A stretch of 64,000 nucleotides of DNA from the NCBI GenBank assembly GCA_036676985.1, contig JAKFBU010000030.1:1-64000 (forward strand), in the 5' to 3' direction. Position numbers and translations under genes: made by a program. The notes under the pieces are model-generated. The model saw only the letters and a program-made list of their open reading frames with translations. It was not told the origin of the DNA and made no database searches. This DNA comes from Candidatus Sericytochromatia bacterium (GTDB taxonomy: Bacteria; Cyanobacteriota; Sericytochromatia; S15B-MN24; UBA4093). Positions 47,768-57,376 of the stretch are shown one piece after another. How positions within the stretch are numbered: the stretch's first letter is position 1; the number at the start of each line of letters is the position of its first letter.

Positions 47768-50700
47768 CTACTTGATGCTCAGCGCGGCCATCGCTCCACC
47801 CAGGAGCTGGGCGCAGGTTTCGATATGAGGGACGTCGGTCTCGCTCAAGGGGGTCTCCGTCCCCCGGCGGACGCAGTACAGCGCTCCCTTGAGGGAACCT
47901 TCCCCCTCGATCGGGCATGCGGCGACCCAGGGCGGCATGCCCGCGCTGATCTCGCCACTGCCCAGCACGCACTTACCCGAGCCGTAGGCCTCGGTCAGGA
48001 CGGCATGGTCGAGGGAAATCGGCTGCGTCTCCTGCGGAGCGCGCGAGACGCTCAGCGAGATCTCGTCTCCGATCAGGATCGCGAGATCGTCGAGCCCCAG
48101 CTGGGCGGCCCATTCCGTCATCACCGACTTGATGAGGTCCGACGAGGAGCCGCAGGAATGGGCCTGGAACGTCCGCCGGAGCTCCTCGTCCAGGGTCACG
48201 CCCCGGACGGTCTGGCGGGAAGCGGTCTGGGACCACAGGGCCGAGACCGCCCCGATCAGGTCGTCGAATCGCTCGACGTCCTCCGGCTCGAAGGTGCCCT
48301 CCTGCTTGACGAGGCACAGGGCCCCGACGACCTGCCGATCGACCGCGACGGGCCCGATCAGCACCGACAGGAACGTGACGTCGAGCTGCGTTCCCTGGCT
48401 CTCGGAGGCCTCCTCCGGCAGCTCGACGAAGGTGGTGGCCTTGACCTCCGCGAGGGCCCGCGAGACCCAGTCGGCGGGTATCCGCAAAGGAGCGCAGGGG
48501 CCCGAGGCGTTGCGGCTGGCCACGGGCGTGGCCTCCGGGGCGACCTCCAGGAGCGTGGCTTCGGACGCCTGGAAGTCGGTCATGCCGATTTCCAGGGACG
48601 CTTGACGCCAATCGGCAGCCCCCTGGAGCCGCTGGCGCCAGCGAGGCGAGGCCGAGGACTCGGTAGCCCCCTTCTCGATGGTGCGTTCAAGGCCGTGCTG
48701 AAGCTGCTCCAGCTGAAGGGAGACCGGTTTCAACAGGTGGCGGTTCCGGAGCCCGTGGAAGATCGTTCCGGCGGCACGGAAGGAGGCCCTGGCCTCCTCC
48801 GGACGCTGGGTGGCCAGGTAGAGCTCTCCGAGATCCCGCTGGAGGAGTCCTTGCTCGATCAGGTTGTCCTGCTCGGGGCGGGTCACGATCGCCAGGGCCT
48901 GCTCGAACTCCTGGGCGGCCTGCGGATAGTCCCCTTCCTTCAGGGCCAGCTCCCCGAGGCGCCGGGAGGCGATCGCCGCGTGCAGGGGATTGCGGGCATC
49001 GCCTGCCTCGCTGAGCTCCCGGGCTTCGAGGAGGTGCTCGCGCGCCGCGGCGGAGTTCCCGCGGACCGTTTCGAGGGCTCCTATGCCGATCAGGGCCTGG
49101 ATCAGCACCAGCATCAGGTGCTGGTTCCGGGCGCGATCGCGCATGGCCGTGAGCGCGCGGTCCGCCTCCTCGAGCTGGCCGCGGTCGAGGGCGATGTAGC
49201 CGCCGAGGACCCGCAGGCTGAACTCGGCGAACGCATCTTGCTGGACATGGGGATACTGCAAGGCCTGCTGCACGATGCGGCCGGCCTCCTCCAGCTCGCC
49301 GCTCTGCCACAGCACGTAGGCCCGCAGGTAGAAGGCCCACTGATAGGTCGGAGCGTTGATGCGGCGGCAGGTCTGGCCCATGAGGTCGAGCAGTTGCTCG
49401 GTCTCCGCCCGACGCCCCGTGAAGGCGGTCCAGACGCCCTGGCGGGACCAGAAGAAGTTCTTGAAGGGATGCGCCTGGTAGCGTTCGGCGGCGGCGATCC
49501 CGGCCTCCAGCCGCTCGGGATCCGGGCGGATCCCCTGGTAGGCGACGGTCAGCTGGGAGCCGTTGATCGCGAACCACGCGGCCACGAAGGCCGGATTCAG
49601 CTTGAGGTGCGACTCGTCGAGCAGCCGGGCGGCCTGGGGCCCAAGGCGCAAAACCTCGTCGTAGTGCCCCGCCGGCCCCAGGCACGTGGCCTCCGCCATG
49701 AGCATGCTGCCATCCATCGGCGAGCCGGCAAACATCTTCAAGCGCTTGGCTCGCGCCGCCTTCGCCATGCCCGTCATCGGGTGCCCGAAGGGGCCGTAGG
49801 CGGCACACAACAGGCCGTACGTCGTCACGATCGAGCGGAGCCAGTCCAGGGGCTTGGCGGGCGCGCAGCCACGAACCCCCTTGAGCCGCTTACGCAGGTG
49901 GGGTGTGATCCCGAAGGCCTGGGCCTTCCAGCGGGCCCGATCGAACGTGGGGCGGCGCCGGACCCGAGCCACCAGCCAGAGAATGGCGTGGGTCCGCTCG
50001 ACATCCCCCAGGCTCTCCTGGAAGGCGATCAACTTCTCGAGGGCGTAGACCCCGATGGTGGGGAACCCGTAGGCGCCGGCAAGACCCATGGCCCCCCAGA
50101 GGGCCGCCAGGCGCGGCGCCTTTCCGGGATAATCGAGGGTCAACAGGGTCTCTTCCGCCTGCTTCCAGTAGCGGATCGCCACCGCGAGCATCGCCCCGGC
50201 CCGAGCCTGATCGCCGGCCATGTGCAGGTACTCGTAGGCCTTGACCTTGTCGAGGCCGCGGCTGAAGTGGTGGGCCAGCTCGTTGGCAAAGGCGGTCCGC
50301 TGCTCCCCGTAGCCCTCCTCCAGGTACTCGGCGCACCGCTGGTGGAAGTGCCGGCGATCGTCCTCCGAGAGGTCGGCGTAGAGCGCCTCGCGCACCCGGT
50401 CATGGGCGAAGGAGACATGCGCCCCTTCGCTGACCAGGAACTGCCGCTCGGTCAGCTGGCTCAGGCCCTCGAAGAAGTCCTCTTCGCCCAGCCCGCTGAT
50501 GGCCAGGAGCATGCTGCGTTCCTGGTTGCGCCCGATGACCGAGGCCACCTGCGCCAGGCGTCGCGCCACCTCGGACAGCTGGGAGAGGCGCCGGACGACG
50601 GTGGCCTCCACGCTGGTCGGCAGCTGCAGGCCCGCCGCATCCGACGGAAAGTGCCAGACCCCTTCCTTGAGGACGAGCAAGCCCTCTTCCACCATGTAGC

Positions 50701-52297
50701 GCAGGACTTCCTTCAGGAAGAAGGCGTTACCGGCCGTGGCCGCGTACAGGAAATCGCTGAACTCCGTGCTGATCACCATGTCGTTGAGCATGGCATTGAG
50801 CAGCTCCAGGGCCTGCTCCTGGGTGAACGGGCTCAATTGCAGGAGCTCGGTGGCTCCTTCTTCGACGGTGTACCAGACCGGGCTGCTCGCGAGCGTCTCG
50901 TCGCTGCGCAGGGTCGCCAGGCAAAGGATGGCATGGCCTACTACCTGTCGGATGCAGCGATTGAAGAGCTCCAGGCTGCTCGGATCGCACCAGTGCACGT
51001 CGTCGAGGAAGAGCACGAGCGGGGTACGGGCGGCCACCGACTGCAGCCAGGCGATGACGGACTCGGAGAGGCGAGCCTTCTCGACATCCCCCGAGCTCGC
51101 CGGAGCCGGCTCGATGCCGCGGCCGGCGAGCTCCGGGAGGAGCTTGACCAGAGCCGGGCCGAAGCGCTGGAGCTCCTCGGGAATGGATAGGGAGATGAGC
51201 GGCCTCAGGGCCTGCGCTAGGGGCTCGTAGGGGGCCATACCGCCTTCCAGGCACTGCCCCCGCAGGACGGGCACGTCGTTGAGCGTGGCCTGGAGGACAA
51301 ACTCGCTGACCAGGCGGGACTTTCCGACGCCCGCAGGTGCGCCGACGAACAGGGCGGATCCTTGCCCCGAGCGAATCGAGGTCAGCGCCTTGCCGAGCGT
51401 CTCCAGCTCGGCTTCCCGGCCGACCAGGACGCTGCTGTTGAGGTAGCTCTTCTTTTGGTCCAGGGTCTCGCGGGCGACCTGCAAGGAGGAGAGGTCGGCC
51501 AGATCGGCGATCACCTCGGCTGCGGAGCGGTAGCGGAGCTTCTGGTCCTTCTCCAGCAGCTTGAGGACGATGGCCTCGAGGCGGCGCGGCAAGTCCGGGC
51601 GCAGGCTGGAAGGCGGCGCGGGTGGCTCGGAGACGTGCGCCTTGAGGGTATCGACCAAGGAGCCGCGGAAGGGCAGCCGGCCGGTCAGCATCTGGTAGGC
51701 GAGGCAGCCGACGGAATAGAGATCGGAGGAGGCGTCGATCACCCCACCCTTGACGACCTCTGGGGGCAAATACCCGGGCGTGCCCGTGATCTTGCCGGTG
51801 GAGAGGATGCCCAGCCGGTCCATCAGGCCGAAGTCCATGAGCTTGAGGGTGCCGTCGGGCCGGATCCGGATGTTCTCGGCCTTGATGTCGCGGTGCGCGA
51901 ACAGGCGGGAATGGATGAAGCCGAGCGCCTGCAAGAGCTGGATCAGCCAGGGATAGAATTGCTCCAGCGGCAACGAGGTTCCGGAGATCAGGTCGGTGAG
52001 CTCCTGGCCCTCGACGACCTCCATGGTCAGGTACTGGCTGCACTCGTCCGCCTGGCCGTAGTCGAACACCTTGAGGGTGTTCGGGTGCTGCAGCTTGGCC
52101 ATCGCCCGGAACTCTTCCTTGAAGCGCAACTTGAGATCCGAGGTGATGGGGCCGTTGGACCGGATCATCTTGAGGGCGAGCTCAGTGTCGCCCTCGAGCT
52201 GGTCGACCACGCGGTAGACCTCGCCCATTCCGCCTTTGCCCAGCAAGGCGAGCACTTGGTAGCGATTGGCGATCACTTCGTTCTTCAAGTCGGTCAT
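47768..52297 (-). CDS. Ser/Thr protein kinase with AAA/STAND ATPase, TPR-like repeats and C-terminal GAF-like domains
   Basis: GKGGMG, HRDIKAEN, DFG, PPE; Walker A GAPAGVGKS, Walker B LFLDD; FAHD winged-helix motif; GAGGAG RBS before ATG 52297. Confidence 0.92.
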   Translation of the reverse strand: MTDLKNEVIANRYQVLALLGKGGMGEVYRVVDQLEGDTELALKMIRSNGPITSDLKLRFKEEFRAMAKLQHPNTLKVFDYGQADECSQYLTMEVVEGQELTDLISGTSLPLEQFYPWLIQLLQALGFIHSRLFAHRDIKAENIRIRPDGTLKLMDFGLMDRLGILSTGKITGTPGYLPPEVVKGGVIDASSDLYSVGCLAYQMLTGRLPFRGSLVDTLKAHVSEPPAPPSSLRPDLPRRLEAIVLKLLEKDQKLRYRSAAEVIADLADLSSLQVARETLDQKKSYLNSSVLVGREAELETLGKALTSIRSGQGSALFVGAPAGVGKSRLVSEFVLQATLNDVPVLRGQCLEGGMAPYEPLAQALRPLISLSIPEELQRFGPALVKLLPELAGRGIEPAPASSGDVEKARLSESVIAWLQSVAARTPLVLFLDDVHWCDPSSLELFNRCIRQVVGHAILCLATLRSDETLASSPVWYTVEEGATELLQLSPFTQEQALELLNAMLNDMVISTEFSDFLYAATAGNAFFLKEVLRYMVEEGLLVLKEGVWHFPSDAAGLQLPTSVEATVVRRLSQLSEVARRLAQVASVIGRNQERSMLLAISGLGEEDFFEGLSQLTERQFLVSEGAHVSFAHDRVREALYADLSEDDRRHFHQRCAEYLEEGYGEQRTAFANELAHHFSRGLDKVKAYEYLHMAGDQARAGAMLAVAIRYWKQAEETLLTLDYPGKAPRLAALWGAMGLAGAYGFPTIGVYALEKLIAFQESLGDVERTHAILWLVARVRRRPTFDRARWKAQAFGITPHLRKRLKGVRGCAPAKPLDWLRSIVTTYGLLCAAYGPFGHPMTGMAKAARAKRLKMFAGSPMDGSMLMAEATCLGPAGHYDEVLRLGPQAARLLDESHLKLNPAFVAAWFAINGSQLTVAYQGIRPDPERLEAGIAAAERYQAHPFKNFFWSRQGVWTAFTGRRAETEQLLDLMGQTCRRINAPTYQWAFYLRAYVLWQSGELEEAGRIVQQALQYPHVQQDAFAEFSLRVLGGYIALDRGQLEEADRALTAMRDRARNQHLMLVLIQALIGIGALETVRGNSAAAREHLLEARELSEAGDARNPLHAAIASRRLGELALKEGDYPQAAQEFEQALAIVTRPEQDNLIEQGLLQRDLGELYLATQRPEEARASFRAAGTIFHGLRNRHLLKPVSLQLEQLQHGLERTIEKGATESSASPRWRQRLQGAADWRQASLEIGMTDFQASEATLLEVAPEATPVASRNASGPCAPLRIPADWVSRALAEVKATTFVELPEEASESQGTQLDVTFLSVLIGPVAVDRQVVGALCLVKQEGTFEPEDVERFDDLIGAVSALWSQTASRQTVRGVTLDEELRRTFQAHSCGSSSDLIKSVMTEWAAQLGLDDLAILIGDEISLSVSRAPQETQPISLDHAVLTEAYGSGKCVLGSGEISAGMPPWVAACPIEGEGSLKGALYCVRRGTETPLSETDVPHIETCAQLLGGAMAALSIK

Positions 52298-52373
52298 GGC
52301 GTCGATCGTTCTCCTCATCCATCCGCGGAACGCGGCTGTACAGCGCTTGAATGCCTCCGCCGGCTCATCCGGT

Positions 52374-52399
52374 ATACCCGAAACGAGCAAGGGTTATCC
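52374..52399 (-). promoter_or_regulatory. candidate SigB/SigF-like promoter of kinase-FAAL-ACP-PKS operon
   Basis: GGATAA-N14-GGGTAT on the minus strand. Confidence 0.5.
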
Positions 52400-52431
52400 C
52401 ATGATCCGCCAAGGACCATGGCCCCATCCGT

Positions 52432-52832
52432 TCACGAGCCGCCGCTCCAATGGAACTGCGCCCGCTGATGGCCACGGCCCGCGACGGCGAGGGCGCTCAC
52501 GTAGCCCGGTATGGGCGGCAGGTCTTCGAGGCTCCAGGGCCAGGCCTCGGGCATGGCCACTAGACGAGCGGGCTCATCGGCCGAGACGCTCACGTCGCAG
52601 GCCGCAAGCGACCCTGTCAGCCCGAGGCCGCTGGCTTTTAGCAGGGCCTCGAGATCCAGCCCCACCGCGCGATCGCGGCTGAAGGCCATGAGGGCCCGAT
52701 CGGCCGAATGGAAGAGGTTGAAATGGAGCCCCTCCACCTAGGGCTTTCCTTGGGGCCCCGAAAGGAACTGGGCCAACTAACGGGCGCCTCGGAGTCGGAT
52801 TCGAGGGGGGAGGGCACGAACATCAGCGGCAC
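52432..52832 (-). pseudogene. decayed Sfp/HetI-type 4'-phosphopantetheinyl transferase
   Basis: GPQGKP-stop-VEGLHFNLFHS...AVGLDLE joined directly to ALLKASGLGL (WTxKE segment lost); frameshift relative to the RBS-linked start. Confidence 0.8.
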
Positions 52833-52889
52833 GACTCCTGGCGGCGGCAGGTGCGAAAACGAGTGGGAATAGCGCCCATGGGCTCAAAG

Positions 52890-52915
52890 ATACCCCGAAG
52901 CAAGCAGGGTCAAAC
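52890..52915 (-). promoter_or_regulatory. SigB/SigF-like promoter
   Basis: GTTTGA-N14-GGGTAT, near-perfect match to the SigB consensus GTTTAA-N12-14-GGGTAT. Confidence 0.6.
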
Positions 52916-53134
52916 GGAGCTTCGACCGGCTAAACGGCACGCCACGGGCCCTAGCGGGAAAACAGGAAGCGCCGCGCCTTCGGCGCAGAATCTGGCGCCA
53001 TGAGCGGGATCCGGCCGCCCTGTCCTCAACCCACGCTCGTTAGAACCGGGGGGGACGTGGTATGAGGGAGGCATGCCATTCGCGAGCCGACCGCGCACGT
53101 GTTCGATTCAAGGGGCGGATCGCAAGGAGGTTCC

Positions 53135-53440
53135 GTGTTCGCCATCGACTCCCAGGAAACGGAAGGGACCATGCTCCTCAAACTTTCGGGCGAGCTGGAT
53201 ACTTGGGCGTCCGGAGAGCTGGATGAATACCTGGCCAAGCTGGTCCCCACCCTCCGCAAGAACCTGGTCATGGACCTGTCGCAGCTCGCGTTCATGAACA
53301 GCTCGGGTCTGCGCTCCTTCTTGCGGCTGGACAAGCTGATGAAGGGCGAGGGGATGGCGCTGGTCATCGAAGGCGCCTCGCGTTCGGTGTTCAAGGTCTT
53401 CCGCTACAGTGGCCTTGATGGCTACTTCACCTTGCGCTGA
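53135..53440 (+). CDS. STAS-domain anti-sigma factor antagonist, RsbV/SpoIIAA-like (copy 2)
   Basis: AAGGAGG RBS before GTG; LSGELD, DLSQLAFMNSSGL phospho-acceptor motif. Confidence 0.92.
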   Translation: MFAIDSQETEGTMLLKLSGELDTWASGELDEYLAKLVPTLRKNLVMDLSQLAFMNSSGLRSFLRLDKLMKGEGMALVIEGASRSVFKVFRYSGLDGYFTLR

Positions 53441-53468
53441 AGGGCGTTCACGTTAGAGGGCTCCATCG

Positions 53469-54173
53469 ATGAGTGTCTTGCCTGAGAATGCCTCCGCGAC
53501 CCGGCACGAGTTCGAGCTTGCCTGGCCCACCAACCTGGAGGCCTTCAGCCCCTACCGCCAGAAGGTGCGGGACTTCTTCGCCTCCCACCTGTACTGGGGA
53601 GAGGTGGCCGAGGACATGCTCCTCGGCCTCGACGAGGCCATGACCAATATCGTCCAGCATTCCTACGCAGGCATGCCCGATCAGGTCGTCGCGCTGCGCC
53701 TGCGGCTGGAGGACTACTCCCCGCAGAACTATTCCGTCCTGACCATGGAGATGCTCGACCAGGGCTCCGGCGGCCAGGACTACGATCCGTCCCGACACCT
53801 CGAGCAGGCGCGCCAGGACCATGCGGCCCAGGAGCACCGGATGGGGTACGGGATCATCTTCCTCCACCGCCTGATGGATCGCATTCATTACGAGAGCTCG
53901 GAGGCCGGCATGAACCGGTTGGTCCTGCAGAAGTGGTTCTCCAACGGACCGGTCGAGCCGCAATATCGGGAGTCCCTGCTCAACGAGCTCCAGGTCCTGG
54001 AAGTCCTACCGCCGGTCGAGCCCGAGATGCTGCAGGCGGTGTGCGAGACTTACCCCGACCTCGAGGTCGGCGAGCAGCTGTTGATCCTGGGTTCCATCTT
54101 CGGTTGCGAGCAGGAGGCCATGCGCGCGGCCATCGTCCAGGCTCGCCTCAACCTGTCCGAGCGCGCCTCCTAG
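53469..54173 (+). CDS. RsbW/SpoIIAB-like anti-sigma factor serine kinase with C-terminal extension
   Basis: DEAMTNIVQHSY N-box, DQG, GYGI..L..LMD, N.L.L.K. Confidence 0.88.
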   Translation: MSVLPENASATRHEFELAWPTNLEAFSPYRQKVRDFFASHLYWGEVAEDMLLGLDEAMTNIVQHSYAGMPDQVVALRLRLEDYSPQNYSVLTMEMLDQGSGGQDYDPSRHLEQARQDHAAQEHRMGYGIIFLHRLMDRIHYESSEAGMNRLVLQKWFSNGPVEPQYRESLLNELQVLEVLPPVEPEMLQAVCETYPDLEVGEQLLILGSIFGCEQEAMRAAIVQARLNLSERAS

Positions 54174-54835
54174 CGGAGGTCAGGCGCATCAGGGTGCGCG
54201 AGCGCGGTGCGACGCTCCCTGCCCTGCAGCGCGAACACGTGGCGAATGATGCAGCTGCGCCGCCCATCGGACATGGGGTCGAAGGCGATGCCAAGCGAGT
54301 ACTCGGTGCCCCCACGGCTGAAATGGGGAACGCAGTGCCTGACGGTTCCCTCGAACTGCATCTCGCCGGCATCCGGGAGGTCGAGGGTCACCCGCACCTG
54401 CACCCCTGTCCGGACCGCCATCATGAAGACCACCGCGCAGCCCCCGCCCGACAGGTTCTTCAGGGGGGCCGCCGCGGGCGGCAGGAAGCGCCCCTCGGAC
54501 TCGTGAAACACCTCCAGCTTGCAGGTGTCGAGGGTCGGGACGCGCACGTACTCGCGGCGCTGGATGCGCTGGCACACGGTGGGCGAGGCGAGGCAGACGC
54601 GATCCGGGCTGACGGACCGGACCATGCACTGCAACTCGTAGAGGGCGTCGCGCTCCACCCGCACGCTCAGCTCCGCCGCCTTGACGGGGATCTTGACCCC
54701 GTGGCGCTGGGGGGGATCCACCTCGAAGCCTTCGGGGCTCACGGCCAGCACCTTCGCCTCGCACGGAACGAGGCGCTCCGAGACCGGCACCAGGAGGCAG
54801 ACGGGTTGTTCCGCGAACAGCTTGACGCGTTGCAT
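54170..54835 (-). CDS. PilZ-domain c-di-GMP receptor (YcgR-like)
   Basis: QRREYVR (RxxxR) and NLSGGG ((D/N)xSxxG) motifs. Confidence 0.9.
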   Translation of the reverse strand: MQRVKLFAEQPVCLLVPVSERLVPCEAKVLAVSPEGFEVDPPQRHGVKIPVKAAELSVRVERDALYELQCMVRSVSPDRVCLASPTVCQRIQRREYVRVPTLDTCKLEVFHESEGRFLPPAAAPLKNLSGGGCAVVFMMAVRTGVQVRVTLDLPDAGEMQFEGTVRHCVPHFSRGGTEYSLGIAFDPMSDGRRSCIIRHVFALQGRERRTALAHPDAPDLR

Positions 54836-54840
54836 GGAGG

Positions 54841-57276
54841 CTACCTGCAACCGAGCGCGAGGGAGGCATCGCGCATCACCACCAGGACCGTCATGTCGTC
54901 GAACGGCTGGGCCTCGCCCACAAAGGCCTCGACGCCCGCGAAGATCGCCGCGCGCAGCGCCTCCGCGTCCGCCCAGGGTCCCGCCGACACCAGCTCGATC
55001 AGCCGCTCCTCGCCGAATTCCTCGCCGGCGGCGTTGCGGGCCTCGGTGATGCCGTCGGTGTAGAGCACGATCGCCTCTCCCGGCGCGAGCTCGAGGTCCT
55101 GGCGCGCCAGCCGCCCGTTGAAGAGATCCGCGTCCAGGCCCAGCGCCACCCCCTGGGCCCACCTCGGCGTGACGCCGTCCGGGCGCACGTGCAGGGCGGG
55201 GGGATGACCGGCACATGCGAAGCTCGCACGGCCTGTGGCCGGATCCAGCGCGAGGAAGAAGGCCGTCACGTAGTTGCAGTCTCGGAGGTCCGAGCCGATC
55301 GTCGCGTTGACCTGCTTGAGGCCGGCGACCGGATCGGTGCAGCCGCCCAAGAGGGCCCGCACGGCCATGTGGGTCACGGCCATGTAGAGCGCCGCGGACA
55401 CGTTCTTGCCCGAGACGTCCCCGATGAACAGGCCCAGGGGGCCCGCCGGGGCGTGAAGCACCTCGAACAGGTCCCCCCCGACCTCCATCGCGGGCAGGCA
55501 GCGGGCCGCCAGGGACCATCCGGGAATGGCCGGCAGCTCGGCGGGCAAGAGGCCCATCTGGATGTCCCGCGCGATGCGCAGCTCGGCGTCCATCTTCTCC
55601 TTCTGCTGGATGGCCGCCACGTAGAGGGCGTTCTGAACCGAGAGGGCGGTCTGGCCGGCGATGGCCACGAGCAGGTCCAGGTCCTGCGAGCCGAACGAGC
55701 GGGTCACGTAGTTGGAGCTCACGTAGAGCAGGCCGATCAGCTCATCCTTGACGATCATGGGCACGCACATGACGCTCTGGAGGTTGAGGGCCATGACGCT
55801 GGTGGTCTGGGTCGACGCATCGGCGCCCGTGTCCAGGATGCACAGGGGCTGGCGCGTCTCGAGGACCTTGTTGGCAAAGGTATAACTGATCTCGAGCCCC
55901 TCCACGGGGTGGCCCTGGCGATTGAGGCCATAGCGACAGTGCAGGCCTTCTTCCGCCGGCAGGATGACGAAGCCCGTATCCGCGTCGGTCAGCGACAGGG
56001 TGTGCTCCAGGAGCAACCGCAGGACCTGGTCGAGGTTCAGCGAGGAGGCGACCGCCTTGCCCAGCTCGTTGAGCGTGTCGAGGCGGCGGGCCTGCGAGGC
56101 TCCTTCCTGGCGCAGGGCCGCGATCCGGCGCAGCTCCAGCAACCACGAGACGAGCTCGCGGTAGGGGGCGGTTTGGTGCTCGACCTGAGCGGGATCGGCC
56201 GGGGCCTCCAGGCAGATCCCGAGCTTTGCGGTCTCGTCGCCCCGCTCGACGCGGATCGGCACGATGACGCGCCCTTGATCGACGAGGGGAGCGCCCTGGG
56301 CGTGGGCCCGACCGAGCTGGATCGCATAAGGCTCCGCCTTCGCGCCGGTGGCGCAGAGGACGCGCCACGCTCCGTCTTCCTCGATCAGCAGGGCCCCGGA
56401 GGCGGCTCGGGTCGCGCCGAGCACCAAGCCGAGCAGATCCTGCTGCATCGCCTCGATCTCGTCGGCCGGGTTCGGGGCGTCCAGGAGAGCCTGCAAGAGG
56501 CCCCGCAGCCGCTCCGAGAGCCCGACCGCGGACAGGGACGTCTCCGGGGTGTCCGGGCCGGGGCTTGCGACCTGGAGGGCGACGGCGCTCGCGTTGTCCT
56601 GGCTCCCGTGCGCGATCGCCTCTTCCAGGGCGGCCCCCAGTTGTCGCTCCAGCTCCGCGGCGCCGCAGAGGTCGCGCAGCGAGTCGGTCCCCAGGGTCGA
56701 GTAGAAGCCGTCGGAGCACAGCAAGAGCATGTCGCCCGGCTCCAGCTCGAGCGTCTGGTGGGCGATCTTGGGGGCCTCCTCCTTGCCCAGGTAGCGCAGG
56801 AGGGTCTTGCGCGCCGGATGGCCGAGCGCCTGCTCGGGCGTGAGCTGCTTGGTCTTCACGAGCTGGGTTGCGAGGGTATGGTCTTCAGTCAACTGCCGGA
56901 CCTCGCCCCCCCGGATCAGGTAGGCACGAACCTCGCCCAGGTGGTAGAGGTCCAGGTCCTCGCCCTGCACGACGGCGACGGCGACGGTGGCCCCCATCCC
57001 CTTGCGCTCGGGGTGCTCGGCGATCTCCTGGCGGATCCGGGCGTTGGCTGCGAGGAGCGCGGGCTCGATCGCGGCCCCGGCCGCGAGGCTCGCCACCACC
57101 AGCTCGCTCGCGAGGTCGCCCCGGCCGGGGCCGCCGATCCCGTCTCCGACGGCGAAGATGCCGCGCTCCGGCGCGACCCAGACGAAATCCTCATTCAGCG
57201 CCCGGAGGCCGGCCGAGGTAACCGCGGCATGCGTCATGGGCGGAGAGATCCGCTGTGCCGTAACAGGAGCCTGCAT
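54841..57276 (-). CDS. double phosphatase: PrpC/Stp-type PP2C - GAF - SpoIIE/RsbU-type PP2C
   Basis: N-terminal R..NED, DGIGG, CSDG, DNAS; C-terminal VGGDLF, GDVSGK, YTDGITEA, DDMT. Confidence 0.92.
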   Translation of the reverse strand: MQAPVTAQRISPPMTHAAVTSAGLRALNEDFVWVAPERGIFAVGDGIGGPGRGDLASELVVASLAAGAAIEPALLAANARIRQEIAEHPERKGMGATVAVAVVQGEDLDLYHLGEVRAYLIRGGEVRQLTEDHTLATQLVKTKQLTPEQALGHPARKTLLRYLGKEEAPKIAHQTLELEPGDMLLLCSDGFYSTLGTDSLRDLCGAAELERQLGAALEEAIAHGSQDNASAVALQVASPGPDTPETSLSAVGLSERLRGLLQALLDAPNPADEIEAMQQDLLGLVLGATRAASGALLIEEDGAWRVLCATGAKAEPYAIQLGRAHAQGAPLVDQGRVIVPIRVERGDETAKLGICLEAPADPAQVEHQTAPYRELVSWLLELRRIAALRQEGASQARRLDTLNELGKAVASSLNLDQVLRLLLEHTLSLTDADTGFVILPAEEGLHCRYGLNRQGHPVEGLEISYTFANKVLETRQPLCILDTGADASTQTTSVMALNLQSVMCVPMIVKDELIGLLYVSSNYVTRSFGSQDLDLLVAIAGQTALSVQNALYVAAIQQKEKMDAELRIARDIQMGLLPAELPAIPGWSLAARCLPAMEVGGDLFEVLHAPAGPLGLFIGDVSGKNVSAALYMAVTHMAVRALLGGCTDPVAGLKQVNATIGSDLRDCNYVTAFFLALDPATGRASFACAGHPPALHVRPDGVTPRWAQGVALGLDADLFNGRLARQDLELAPGEAIVLYTDGITEARNAAGEEFGEERLIELVSAGPWADAEALRAAIFAGVEAFVGEAQPFDDMTVLVVMRDASLALGCR

Positions 57277-57376
57277 TGCGTCGCCTACCTTAACTGCGCC
57301 CCGAACAGCGGGGCGTGCCCGATCTGGATGCCCGCCCCGCGTCCACGTGATGCGCGGCGGAGGGGGGCGAACCTAT

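Noticed and set aside
46961-51190. 1409-aa plus-strand ORF
   Set aside because: Antisense shadow of the Ser/Thr kinase and FAAL.
54836-55519. Apparent long N-terminal extension of the PilZ ORF
   Set aside because: Overlaps the phosphatase in another frame; the credible start is ATG 54835, 5 nt after the phosphatase stop.
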